DNA of 64,000 nucleotides from an uncultured candidate division Zixibacteria bacterium (GCA_963668625.2 CAXXKA010000006.1:384001-448000); one strand, 5' to 3'; shown: positions 18,245 through 29,345, counted from the first letter of the stretch. Program-made: numbers and translations. Notes: generated by a model from the letters alone, not told the origin.

Positions 18245-20491
18245 ATGAATAGATTTAGCATATTTATACTATTTTTTAGCATGATTTGCCTAGCTAATTT
18301 TGCTTGGTCCAACGAAAACGAATGGACTACTAATGGTCCTTATGGAGGCACGGTTAAAACCATAGAAATTAATCAACACAATCGGAATACTATTTATATA
18401 GGCACGATTACGAATGGAATGTATCAAACTGTGGATGCCGGGGAGCATTGGAGTCATATCGATAACGATGGTTTATTCATGACAATGCGCGATATCTCTA
18501 TTCATCCATTAAGCCCTGATACTGTATTTATTGCTACTGTTAGCGGACTGTTTAAAAGCACGAATAGTTGCAGTACCTGGAGCTTTATCGCTGGATCTAA
18601 TAGTGAGTTCGAGGTAATTAAATATCATCCTCAAAATCCGCATCTATTATTCGCAGGCGGGCCTACGAGAACCTGGAAATCGCTTGATGGCGGTAATACT
18701 TGGGTGGGCTTGGATGTTCCCAGTTCCACGGGAATGATCGATATCTGCTTTAATCCCCAGAATCCTAATTCGGTATATTTTATCGGGACGTCAATGGTTA
18801 CCGAACGAGGAGTATGGAAAAGTAGTGATATGGGTGAAACCTGGGAAAATATTCAAAATAATATAATACCTTATGGCTCCGGTACGCATATCGAGATTGA
18901 TCCGGTTGATACTAACAATATTTACATTTCTGTAGATAATTACACTATGCAGGATTATCCCTGTATATATAAATCTACCGATGGAGGAAACAACTGGTTG
19001 GATATTAGCCCTGAGTTCCTTTATGTCCCCTACGTTTTATCCATAGTTGTTTCACCAAACAATAATGAAGTACTTTACGCCGCGACTTTTGATAATGGAG
19101 TAATCATGAGTGAGGATTCAGGCGATTCATGGAGTGAAATAAACGATGGATTAAGTGATCATCATGTTGCAGCTATCGAAATTGATCCGGTTTTACAGGT
19201 TATATATATTGGCACGATCTATGATGGATTTTATAAAAAAACAATTGCCAACAGTCGCTGGGATAAATTTAGCAACGACATTAATATCGCGCATTGTTTT
19301 CATATTGATGTAAGCGCTGAGAACTCTGCGAAAGCTTTTGTTGCAGCAGCAAACGGCGTTTTCTTTACAGAAAATTCAGGCGAATTATGGTCATGTATCG
19401 AAATAGATGTCCAGGAGGGAAATCAGCTTTGGGATGGTATATTCGATGTATATTTACCTCAGAGATATTATGCATGCTCAGGTCTATCAACAATCTCACA
19501 GGTATCCTTATCGCCTAAGGGATTTTATCGCTCTGATGACGCCGGTGTAAGTTGGGAATTTTACAATGATGGCTTGCCTGAATACCTCTCTTATAACTTG
19601 ATTACTGTTTCATATAATTATCCCGATTCGAGAAGAATTTTTATGACTTCAACAGCAGGCTTATATAAATCAGATGATGATGGCGAATCTTGGGAGTTAT
19701 GTGATAATGGTATTCCGACGAATGATTATTTCGAAGATATAGAAATTTCGCCATCAAACCAACAAGTAATAGGTCTAGCATATTATCCGGGCAATAAGTT
19801 GTTTATTTCTTATGATAGAGGTGATTCCTGGGTTGAGTCCGGCCAACTTCCCCAGGCTGCAGATGCCCATACTATTGAGCTTGCTTTTAATCCTTTAAAC
19901 TCTTCACATATCTATATAAGCATTGCAAGATTAGGAATATATGAATCGCTTGATAGTGGCCAAACCTGGCAAAGCTTAGTAAACGATTTACCTTTAGATG
20001 GTCATTTCAACTATGTATCAGGGATTACGATAAATCCTTACAACCCTGACAATATTTTCGTATCAACATTTGGCCATGGTATTTACCAAAGCCATAACGG
20101 TGGTTTGCATTGGGAATCGTTCAATGCGGGTATGGATACGACCGGCGTTTTTAATGAGATGATGTTTGCTCCAGGGGACACCACGATTTTATACTTAGCG
20201 CGCGGTAATCGTTCCGTCTGGTCAATCAATCGCACGCCTGTCGGAATCGAGAACGAAGAGGTAACCCTCCCTACGCAGTACAGCCTTTCGGCCTACCCCA
20301 ACCCGTTCAACGCTACCACCAGCATATCATTCACGTTAATCCAGCCCTCGCAGGTAACGCTGGATATCTACGATATCCTCGGCCGTCGGGCTGAGAGCCT
20401 TGTAGATGAGTTCCTTCCCGCCGGGAATCACTCGGTGTTATGGCAGGCGGGGGAGATGCCCTCGGGGATATATTTCTATCGCATTGACTGA
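18245..20491 (+). CDS. Secreted BNR/Asp-box (sortilin/YCF48-like) beta-propeller with CTD; CTD tail frameshifted
   Basis: Many S.D.G..W repeats; a small insertion at about 20482-20492 shifts frame before the normal end RKITLLK (stop about 20538). Confidence 0.85.
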   Translation: MNRFSIFILFFSMICLANFAWSNENEWTTNGPYGGTVKTIEINQHNRNTIYIGTITNGMYQTVDAGEHWSHIDNDGLFMTMRDISIHPLSPDTVFIATVSGLFKSTNSCSTWSFIAGSNSEFEVIKYHPQNPHLLFAGGPTRTWKSLDGGNTWVGLDVPSSTGMIDICFNPQNPNSVYFIGTSMVTERGVWKSSDMGETWENIQNNIIPYGSGTHIEIDPVDTNNIYISVDNYTMQDYPCIYKSTDGGNNWLDISPEFLYVPYVLSIVVSPNNNEVLYAATFDNGVIMSEDSGDSWSEINDGLSDHHVAAIEIDPVLQVIYIGTIYDGFYKKTIANSRWDKFSNDINIAHCFHIDVSAENSAKAFVAAANGVFFTENSGELWSCIEIDVQEGNQLWDGIFDVYLPQRYYACSGLSTISQVSLSPKGFYRSDDAGVSWEFYNDGLPEYLSYNLITVSYNYPDSRRIFMTSTAGLYKSDDDGESWELCDNGIPTNDYFEDIEISPSNQQVIGLAYYPGNKLFISYDRGDSWVESGQLPQAADAHTIELAFNPLNSSHIYISIARLGIYESLDSGQTWQSLVNDLPLDGHFNYVSGITINPYNPDNIFVSTFGHGIYQSHNGGLHWESFNAGMDTTGVFNEMMFAPGDTTILYLARGNRSVWSINRTPVGIENEEVTLPTQYSLSAYPNPFNATTSISFTLIQPSQVTLDIYDILGRRAESLVDEFLPAGNHSVLWQAGEMPSGIYFYRID

Positions 20492-20733
20492 CTGCAGGAG
20501 AGTATCGGGATTCGCGGAAGATTACGCTGTTGAAGTAGTACTGTTACAATCGAATTCCAAATAAACATTGACAATTAGATTATTTATTGTATTATACAGA
20601 TGAATATCTGAATATTTATTTTTTGAAATTATAATATTGGGGGAATGGCATTGTGCAAGGGCATCTATTATTTAATCTGAATAAATGGATTATCTTAATC
20701 CTTATAATAATGAATCGGGGGGGGGTAGAAGTC
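20285..20733 (+). repeat. Array A junction repeat copy 2
   Basis: Near-identical to 17183-17625. Confidence 0.95.
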
Positions 20734-20829
20734 ATTTAGGAATATTGAACCAGTATAGAACAAGTTGTGGAACGTTGATTTTCGGTTAATTAATTATGAA
20801 TAGCATTCAGGGGGGCTTTTAGGAGAAAA

Positions 20830-23173
20830 ATGAACGCGCATTGGTATTATGCATCTATATGTCGTGTTTGCTATTGTATCAAACGCTGATGATGGAACTT
20901 GGTAACAAATTGTGGAACGGTAAAAGATTGTAGCGCATCCCGTAGATAGCGAATACAATCTATGCAGGCACCATAGCAAATGGAATTTATAAATCCATTG
21001 ATGGTGGTAACTGGAATCATTTATCTGATGTGCTTTATCACAATTCGTGAAATTGGAATTCAATCCTGGTTTACACGATGTACGCTGCTGCTGCTGGTGG
21101 ATAATGTAACAATTCAGGTGAGACATGGATGAAAGATTTATATCCTCCGGGAAATGTGGATGGTATTTATGAGGCAATTCTTGTACATTCTGTAGAGCCA
21201 AATTTTGTGGCTGGTGGAGTTTGCCACTTGGAAGTCTATTGATGGTTCAGATACATGGCTAAGAAATGGATTTGCCGTATGGTTAGGTACAACTGCTTTT
21301 GCCATCGATAATAATAATGTTATTTATATTAGGCACAGTACTAGAACATATTTGGTTATGGAAGTTGGAAATTCGAAGATATGGGGCAATCCTGGTTAGA
21401 ATAATTCAAAATAACATTGATACCGTTGGATATGGGGCAGATATTGAAGTTGATCCCCAGAATTCAGATATGCTCGTATCTAGGTAGATTTATACTGGAA
21501 ACAAACGCGCTATTCAGCGTGTGTATTTAGCATCTACTAATGGAGGTGTATCTTGCTATTGATATCAAACCGGAACTCAGATATATCATCATGACTTTAA
21601 CAAATTTCGCCAATTAATAGTCATATTATTTATCTTGGTACCAAGGAAGATGGTATTTTTAAAAGATTGATTTGTATTCATACCGATAAATAATGGACTG
21701 AGAGTACAATCAAATAGCAGGCACCATAGCAAATCGACTCTCTCAGTAATATCCATTTATGGTTGAACTGGAACATTTCATGATGGTGCTTTACAAGAGT
21801 GTAAACGAGGGCGAATCCTGGGAAAAAATAAGCGATAATCATTCCTTTTGCGTTGAGACACGATGATGCTGTCTGGTGAATTATTTTAATGAAGGTGAAG
21901 CAATTCAGGTGCGGCAAGAAATGGTTTATTGCCACATCTGATATGGAAAGTCATGGGAAATCGTTGATATAGAATTACCGATGTACCATGAGGTATCTTC
22001 AATTAATTCGATTTATTCGATAGTGAAATTATTGTACGCTTCAACTTCAGTTAACGATGGAGCTATTACAATCCATCACTGCAGGGAAGTCTTCATTTGA
22101 TGGCGGACAAGACATGGCATTTCAGCGATACATGGGTTACCTGATGATATCAGTTGTAAGGTACAACTGCTATTTGCATATAGATAGGAATAATAATTTT
22201 CTTGGGATCAACTAGGCCTATTAGATGACATGGAAGTACTTTCATATTTGGAATATTATGGGGATGGGAGAATAGTCTTCCAGAAACAATATTGATGCAT
22301 TGGATATGGGGCAGATATTGATGTTGATCCCAATGGGACATTCAGATAAAATGTATCTTGGTAGGTTTGTCCTGGTATTCAGTATTTCTATCAAATAATA
22401 GAGGTGAACATTGGCAGGAGGTGTCCAGATTCCAACACCCGAGGTAGAATCAGATAACCGATCATGCATTGACTTTAAAAATTTCATCCTACAAATAGTC
22501 AAATTATTTATATGTTTGCTACCTAGGACGTATGGTAGTGTTCAAATCAATCAATGGCTGGGACAAGATTGGGAGAACGATTAGTAATAATTTACCCTTT
22601 GAGAGTAGCGCGTCGATTTGAAATCTGGCTCTGGCAATCAGTTTATATAACCCCGATAATATTTGGGAATATGTTCTAATAACTGTGGTATTTATCAAGT
22701 CGTATAATGAGTGGCGAAAGTCCTGGGAATCTTTTAATATTGGAATGCGATACTATTCCACGGACGTTGAGCCAAATGATACTTCGCTTATGATGATACA
22801 ACTATTATGTATTATGCCTCATCTAAAAGCTCCGTCTGGTCAATCACACGCACACGGTTTATTCGTGGGCATTGATGATGGAAAGTCATGGTAACCCTCC
22901 CTACGCAGTACAGCCTTACCGGCCTACCCCAAGGTATCGTTCAACGCCACCACCAGTGATATCATTCACGCTAATCCAGCCCTCGCAGTTAACGCTGGAT
23001 ATTTACGATATCCTTGGCCGCCGGGCTGAGAGCCTTGTAGATGAGTTGATGCCCGCCGGGAATCACTCGGTGTTATGGCAGGCGATACAGGAGCTGTACC
23101 TCGATGATATCATTTCTATCGTATTGTGCCGGGGAGTATCATGATTCGCGAAAGATTACGCTGAATGAAGTAG
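20830..23173 (+). pseudogene. Scrambled BNR-propeller + CTD gene (probable mis-assembled consensus of one or more further array units)
   Basis: Fragments such as 'WKSIDGSDTW', 'IQNNIDTVGYGADIEVDPQN', 'KSWESFNIGM' and 'ISFTLIQPSQLTLDIYDILGR' with frameshifts every few tens of nt. Confidence 0.6.
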
Positions 23174-23455
23174 TACTGTTACAATCGGATTCCAAATCAA
23201 GGCCTATTGACAATTAGATGGGTATTTATTGTAATATACAGATGAATAGTCTCCAGAAACAATAATATGCATTTTTTGAAATGGGACAACAATATAATAG
23301 TTGTTGGCGGAATGGCATTGTGCAAGGGTATCTATTATTTAATTAGATAAACATTGGCAGGATTATCTTAACACCTTAGGTAATAATGATCGGGGGGGTG
23401 CAAGTCCACCTTGCTTTCAAATGAACATCAGTTTGTTGTAATAGTTTTTGGTCGT
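22891..23455 (+). repeat. Array A junction repeat copy 3 (noisy)
   Basis: Collinear with 20261-20733 and 17183-17672 but with many short insertions. Confidence 0.8.
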
Positions 23456-23569
23456 TATAATGGATGTTCAAATCAATTAATTTGACAAGGATTACATTAG
23501 TAATAATATCGTTTTGACAGTATTGCGCAGTCGATTTGTTCTGGCCTGCTTTAACCCCGATAATTATTT

Positions 23570-24340
23570 TTAGGGGCTGGGTTTTGTAATCAACTGTGGT
23601 ATTTATGGACAATCGTCATAATGGTGGCAGTAAGTTATCTCTGCTGATGATGATTGGTGGCATACCCACTTGCACAGACTTGGCCAGTAACTATGACTCC
23701 GCTGTAATGAGATACAATATGTATTGGGTTTGGAATTCGATAGAACAAGCGAGACATCGGGGCATGCTATTGGGCATTAAGTATAGAATAATGGATGGTA
23801 ACCCTCCCTACAGCAGGTACAGTCTGTTTTTCAGATTCGCCACCACCAGCATAATTATTGCTTATACACAGCCAAACTCTATCAGGTAACGCTTGATATC
23901 TGTAGGATCAAGTTCCAGTCATGTCGCATCGCTTTTAATAGTAGCTGGAAGCCCAGGGTATTTCGAAGATAGTTCCTGGCATCACAGCTAATTATCGTGC
24001 AGGCGGCGCTAAGCTGTCCTCGGGGATATATTAACTATTGTTTTACTGCCGGGCATTATTTATGATTCGCAGATCGCGATTATCGCTGATCTGGATAGTA
24101 AAATGAAATGCTACAATATAGAAAATTGCTTTCAAAAAGGATTAATATGGCAAGTTACATTATTTATTGTATTATCACAGATGAATATTTTTACATATTT
24201 CAATTGTTCTTGAAATTTTGGTATTGCTGTTGCTCAGGAAAATACCTGGCATTGTACAAATGGCATCTGATGGTGGAAGCGTTGAATACAATGGAGTTAT
24301 CATCCCAATAATCATGATATATTTTTTATTGGTACTGTTC
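23570..24340 (+). other. Noisy duplicate of 24345-25040 interleaved with junction-repeat sequence
   Basis: Long exact blocks of 24345-25040 interrupted by words from the CTD/promoter repeat (GTAACCCTCCCTAC, CACCACCAGCATA, CCTCGGGGATATA, TTATTTATTGTATTAT). Confidence 0.75.
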
Positions 24341-24344
24341 AGTT

Positions 24345-24755
24345 TTGTTCTGCTTTGTAAATGGGGCTGGGTTTTGTAATCAAGTTTATGGACAATGTCA
24401 AAGCAGTAACTATATCTCTGCTGATGATGATTATGGTGGCAACCCACTTGCACAGAGCAGTAACTATGATCCGTGTAATAGTAATGTGTATTGGGTTGTG
24501 GAATTCGATAGAACAAGCGAGACATCGGGGCATGCTATTATTAAGTATAGAATAATGGATGGTGTTACAGAGGTGTTGTCTGTTTTGATAGATTCCGATA
24601 ATTATGGTGCTTATACACACCAAACTCTATCAGGTCTTGAATCTGTAGGATCAAGTTCCAGTCATGTCGCATCGCTTTTAATAGTAGCTGGAAGCCCAGG
24701 GTATTTCGAAGATATTGAGGCAACAGCTAATTATCGTGCAGGCGGCGCTAATTAG
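24345..24755 (+). CDS. Small secreted protein (paralog of 17708-18181), 5' end probably lost
   Basis: Shared motifs with 17708 ORF; signal peptide truncated at the junction with the scrambled region. Confidence 0.7.
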   Translation: MFCFVNGAGFCNQVYGQCQSSNYISADDDYGGNPLAQSSNYDPCNSNVYWVVEFDRTSETSGHAIIKYRIMDGVTEVLSVLIDSDNYGAYTHQTLSGLESVGSSSSHVASLLIVAGSPGYFEDIEATANYRAGGAN

Positions 24756-24826
24756 ATATATTAACTTTGTTTTAAAGCATTATTTATATCCAGATCGCGA
24801 TTATCGTGATCTGGATATAAAATGAA

Positions 24827-27166
24827 ATGCTACAATATAGAAAATTGCTTTCAAAAAGGATTAATATGGCAAGTTACATTGTTATGATCAAGAGAATAAT
24901 TTTTACAATTTCAATTGTTCTTAATTTTGGTATTGCTGTTGCTCAGGAAAATACCTGGCATACAAATGGACCTGATGGTGGAAGCGTTGTTACAATGGAG
25001 TTTCATCCCAATAATCATGATATATTTTTTATTGGTACTGTTCAAAATGGGATGTATAAAACAACTAATGGCGGGCAAAGCTGGCAACATATTGAGAATA
25101 ATGGCCTTTTCTCATGTATGCGTGATATTGCAATACACCCGAATTCACCTGATACTATTTTTGTAAGTACGACTACTGGCATTTATAGGTCAAATAACGG
25201 TGGAGTTGATTGGGAATTCGTGGAGTTGCCTGAATTTTCGTCAAATGAAATAAAGGTTATTAAATACCATCCCGAGAATCGCCAAATAATATTTGCTGGT
25301 GGTCCTATTAATACTTGGAAATCTCTTGATGGAGGGAATTCATGGGAATCTCTAACTGTACCGGTTTGGACAGGCATGGATGAAATAGAGATAAATCCTC
25401 AAAATAATGATGTTATTTATTTTATAGGTTCATCAATGGCGACTGGTAGAGGTGTATGGAAGAGCATAGATAGGGGAGCAACCTGGCTAAATATTCAAAA
25501 TAATATCGATAGTACTGGTGCACCTACTGATTTAACTCTTAATCCTGCCGATACGAGTATGTTAATGATATCTATGAATAATGTAGTAAATCCTGGCAAC
25601 CCATCGTTATATAGATCTACTAATTCAGGCGAGAGCTGGGTGGGTGTAGGTCCAGAGTCTTTATCCATTACCTATGCCACTAATGTAATGTTTTCTCCGC
25701 TTGAAACGAATACTGTTTATTTAGTATCAAAAGAGGATGGCGTTTTTAAAAGCGAGGATTTAGGAAATACCTGGAATAGTTATAGTGATGGGCTTAAGTT
25801 TAATCGAAATGCTACGATTGAAATAGATGAATCCAATTCTATTTTATATTTGGGAACATACTATGATGGAATATACAAGAGGCTTATTAATGAAGGTGGA
25901 TGGATAAAAATAAGTAAAAATATTAATGCCGCATCATGTATTCAACTAGATATTTGTAGCCTTGATGACAACTCAGGCTACGTTTCAGCCACGAATGGAT
26001 TGTTTAAAACAAATGACATGGGAGAGACATGGCTATTTTTAGATATTGGTATGTCGATTTATACTGGAAATAGTGGTATTGCTATTGATAAATATCAGAA
26101 CAATATAATATATGTATCATCATCGCATAGATCATTGTACCCTATTGAAGACGCAGGATTTTATATTTCTGAGGATTCCGGATCAACATGGAACTTTTAT
26201 AATTCTGGTTTGCCTGGAAATATTTCTTATAGAGATATATGTATATCATACCTGTCTGAGAATGAAAAAAGAATATTCCTCATTTCCTCAGAGGGATTAT
26301 ACTATTCTGATGACTTGGGTCGAAATTGGCAGTTAAATATTAGCTTGCCGACGAGTATTTATTTAGAAGTAATTGATATAGCTACTTCAAACTCGAATTG
26401 TATTGCTGTTGGTGATCATGATAATAATGTTTATATATCGGAGGATTTAGGCGATACTTGGAATCAAACTGGAGAGCTGCCCGATTTTGAGCACCATGAG
26501 TATATAATTGATATCGAGTTTGATCCGATTGATGAAAATCATATATTTGTTGCTAGTTGTTATTTAGGTTTATTTGAATCGACTAATGGAGGTGAGGAAT
26601 GGCGTAATATTAATAATAATGTGCCATTAGACCCAGCAATTAGTATAATATCTGGAATTGTGATTAATCCCAATAATTTACAAAATATTTTTGTAGCCTC
26701 AAATCACTATGGTATTTACCGAAGCTTTAATGGAGGACAGAATTGGGAGTCTTTTAATAATGGGATGGATACAACTGATGGTGTTGGTGAAATGATTCTC
26801 ATTCCGGGTGACACAACTAAGTTTTACTTTGCATCATCGCAAAGATCAATTTGGACTTTTAAACAAACTTCCACTGATATCATTGTTAACAATGCAATTC
26901 TCCCCACGCAGTACAACCTCTCAACTTACCCCAACCCGTTTAACGCCTCAACAAACATATCATTCACACTGATCCAGCCCTCGCAGGTTACGCTTGATAT
27001 CTACGATATACTCGGCCGACGGGCGGAGAGCCTGGTTGACTGGTACCTGCCCGCCGGTAACCACTCGGTGTTATGGCAGGCGGGGGAGCTGCCCTCGGGG
27101 ATATATTTCTATCGTATTACTGCCGGGGAGTATCATGATTCGCGAAAGATTACGCTGCTGAAGTGA
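24827..27166 (+). CDS. Secreted BNR/Asp-box beta-propeller with CTD
   Basis: Paralog of the 18245 ORF (W.TNGP.GG, HI.N.GLF..MRDI); real start probably 24866 or 24884; TYPNPFNA...RKITLLK. Confidence 0.88.
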   Translation: MLQYRKLLSKRINMASYIVMIKRIIFTISIVLNFGIAVAQENTWHTNGPDGGSVVTMEFHPNNHDIFFIGTVQNGMYKTTNGGQSWQHIENNGLFSCMRDIAIHPNSPDTIFVSTTTGIYRSNNGGVDWEFVELPEFSSNEIKVIKYHPENRQIIFAGGPINTWKSLDGGNSWESLTVPVWTGMDEIEINPQNNDVIYFIGSSMATGRGVWKSIDRGATWLNIQNNIDSTGAPTDLTLNPADTSMLMISMNNVVNPGNPSLYRSTNSGESWVGVGPESLSITYATNVMFSPLETNTVYLVSKEDGVFKSEDLGNTWNSYSDGLKFNRNATIEIDESNSILYLGTYYDGIYKRLINEGGWIKISKNINAASCIQLDICSLDDNSGYVSATNGLFKTNDMGETWLFLDIGMSIYTGNSGIAIDKYQNNIIYVSSSHRSLYPIEDAGFYISEDSGSTWNFYNSGLPGNISYRDICISYLSENEKRIFLISSEGLYYSDDLGRNWQLNISLPTSIYLEVIDIATSNSNCIAVGDHDNNVYISEDLGDTWNQTGELPDFEHHEYIIDIEFDPIDENHIFVASCYLGLFESTNGGEEWRNINNNVPLDPAISIISGIVINPNNLQNIFVASNHYGIYRSFNGGQNWESFNNGMDTTDGVGEMILIPGDTTKFYFASSQRSIWTFKQTSTDIIVNNAILPTQYNLSTYPNPFNASTNISFTLIQPSQVTLDIYDILGRRAESLVDWYLPAGNHSVLWQAGELPSGIYFYRITAGEYHDSRKITLLK

Positions 27167-27203
27167 TATTCGATAGTAGAGGTAAATCGCCACGCCCATC
27201 CCC

Positions 27204-27230
27204 CTGGATTCCGGGTCAAGCCCGGAATGA
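27204..27230. repeat. REP-like palindrome (ATTCCGGG-TCAAG-CCCGGAAT)
   Basis: Hairpin between convergent genes; resembles widespread 'GATTCC...GGAATGAC' REP-like elements; related element at 48203-48282. Confidence 0.6.
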
Positions 27231-27287
27231 TATACTTTGACGACCGGTATGATTATACTTCTATATCAATTGTAAGCGCTATCTAGA

Positions 27288-28274
27288 TCAGTACTTTCTT
27301 CGGCGTTCCACCATATAGTTGGAGCCGGCCTTGGTCTTGGTGAACTTCTTCAAGTCGGCCATCATGTGGCTCATCTCGGCGATATGCTTGAACGCTTTGC
27401 GCTGATTGGGTATCACCGCGATTGAGATAGTCATCAGCGGGAATTTCTCCAGCACACCGCGACGGTCGGGTACCTCTATCCAGCCTCGGTCGCGGTCCTC
27501 CTGAAGGTAACGAATCGGGATCATTTTATCGAATGTCGAGATGATGTTCTTGCAAACTATATCGACTTTATCCAGCGGTATTACGAATATGAAATCATCC
27601 CCGCCAATATGCCCGACGAAACCGTTGTAGACCAGGTCATGAACCGTTGTTTTTATGATATGCGAGGTCATCAGGATGATTTTATCACCGTAGACATAAC
27701 CGTAATAATCGTTGTATGCTTTGAAATTATCGAGATCGCCATAGCACACTGCTACCTTTTCGCCGCTGTTTAACCTGATATTCGTTTCGTTTTCGATAGC
27801 CGCCGGGCCGGGAAGTTTGGTCGTTGGGTTTACGCTTAAATCCCGGATCGACCGCGAGATCAACATCTGCATTTTGGCGGTAACGAGTTCATAGTCCCAG
27901 AAATTCGTGATTACATCATCCACGCCGTTATTGAATGCCTCGATGATTAGTTTCTTTTCCGGCGAGGGATGGAAGAAAACCACCGGTATGAACTGAAGAG
28001 TCGAGTCGCGTTTAATATGAGGGAGAAGCTCCATCATCCAATTAGCCTGAGAGTTGCCGGCAATAACTATCATCTCGAGCATAGTCCGCTGGCAGATCGT
28101 GTATAGTTCGTCGAAATTACTAAAAGGATGTATGATAACCTCGTATTTACGAATACTACGAATTATACGATCCTCAACAGCGGTTCCACGCTGCATTAAA
28201 GCGCAATGGAAAGTAGGGCTATGTTTTTTCTGGGGCTGTATCGATGACTGTTTTTTCGCTACTAGATTTTCCAT
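27288..28274 (-). CDS. Diguanylate cyclase with degenerate receiver domain
   Basis: DLDNFKAYND and GHIGGDDF; N-terminal REC-like fold lacking the phosphoacceptor Asp. Confidence 0.82.
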   Translation of the reverse strand: MENLVAKKQSSIQPQKKHSPTFHCALMQRGTAVEDRIIRSIRKYEVIIHPFSNFDELYTICQRTMLEMIVIAGNSQANWMMELLPHIKRDSTLQFIPVVFFHPSPEKKLIIEAFNNGVDDVITNFWDYELVTAKMQMLISRSIRDLSVNPTTKLPGPAAIENETNIRLNSGEKVAVCYGDLDNFKAYNDYYGYVYGDKIILMTSHIIKTTVHDLVYNGFVGHIGGDDFIFVIPLDKVDIVCKNIISTFDKMIPIRYLQEDRDRGWIEVPDRRGVLEKFPLMTISIAVIPNQRKAFKHIAEMSHMMADLKKFTKTKAGSNYMVERRRKY

Positions 28275-29155
28275 TTTTCCCTCGGATGAAACTCCTTATG
28301 CTCGGCGATTATAAAATCCCGATCCAAATGAGTATATATTTCTGTAGTAGATATATCGGCATGACCGAGTAATTCCTGCACTGCAAGAAGGTCAGCGCCA
28401 CCCGCCAATAGATGCGATGCGAAACTATGACGTAACGTATGAGGGGAGACATCTTTGGATATATTCGCTAAAAGACAATATTTCTTTACAATCCGCCAGC
28501 CAGCCATTCTCTGGAGAGGATTTCCACGGTTGCCCAGAAAGATAAAATCGGCGCTTTTTGAATTGGATAATTGGGTTCTGGAATCTTTTATATAGTTGTT
28601 CAAACTGTTCCAACCGGCCTTACCAAGTGGTACGACACGTTCTTTTTTGCCTTTGCCATACAGTTTCACGAGCATCATTTCCGATATCAAGTCTGCCAAA
28701 TGGCAATTCAGGGCTTCGCTAATCCTGGCGCCGGTGCCGTATAGAAATTCCAATAAGGCTTTATCACGAAGGCCGAGTTTGGTACCGGTATCGGGAAGGG
28801 AAAGGATTTTCAGCACCTGCTCTATCGTTAGTGTTTCCGGGAGGTTACGATATAATTTCGGTCCGGCGATACCGGCGGCCGGGTTCGATTCGATTTTGCC
28901 GGTACGAAAAGCGTATTTGAAAAGCCCTTTCACGGCGCTTAAGTTCCTGGCAATAGAGCCTGAGGATAAGCCTTCTTTTTGGAGTTTTAGTAAATAGTCG
29001 GTGATATCCAACGAGGTGATTTCAGCCGGATGTTTATTATCAGAGTATGTGGCAAATTTGGATAAATCCCTACCGTAAGCCTCTACGCTGTTAATTGAGG
29101 CGGCTCTTTCCAGCCTCAGGCTCTCCAGATACAATTCGATTAATTCATTCATCAC
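28262..29155 (-). CDS. xerD: Site-specific tyrosine recombinase XerD
   Basis: RDKALLEFLYGTGARISE, GKGKKER, SPHTLRHSFASHLL and LLGHADISTTEIYTH. Confidence 0.88.
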   Translation of the reverse strand: MMNELIELYLESLRLERAASINSVEAYGRDLSKFATYSDNKHPAEITSLDITDYLLKLQKEGLSSGSIARNLSAVKGLFKYAFRTGKIESNPAAGIAGPKLYRNLPETLTIEQVLKILSLPDTGTKLGLRDKALLEFLYGTGARISEALNCHLADLISEMMLVKLYGKGKKERVVPLGKAGWNSLNNYIKDSRTQLSNSKSADFIFLGNRGNPLQRMAGWRIVKKYCLLANISKDVSPHTLRHSFASHLLAGGADLLAVQELLGHADISTTEIYTHLDRDFIIAEHKEFHPREKWKI

Positions 29156-29242
29156 GATAGATTATATAAAACAAAGATGGCTATAGTCAATTACAGATAA
29201 AAATCCCTTGCTGGAGGTACTGTTGAAAAAGTTGTTTGCACA

Positions 29243-29330
29243 AGTCGTTGAGCGGACGAAGTCCTTAGTTCATCCTTTGCCGACGACATACTGCATGTAT
29301 GCAGCAGGAAGAAAAGGATTCCTTCCTGCT
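29243..29330 (+). repeat. Dispersed structured intergenic element, copy 2
   Basis: Collinear with 6343-6425. Confidence 0.7.
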
Positions 29331-29345
29331 CACTGGATTACGGAT

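Noticed and set aside
20740-24340. Short ORFs in the scrambled zone as real small genes
   Set aside because: They are frameshifted fragments of the propeller, small-protein and CTD sequences
17183-27166. Diversity-generating retroelement (TR/VR) explanation for the CTD repeats
   Set aside because: No reverse transcriptase in the window; differences between copies are mostly at third codon positions and not obviously adenine-specific; all copies are coding
28262-29155. Tyrosine recombinase as integron integrase or shufflon invertase for array A
   Set aside because: Sequence is a typical XerD without the IntI-specific insertion; no attC-like or inverted recombination sites seen; proximity may be coincidental
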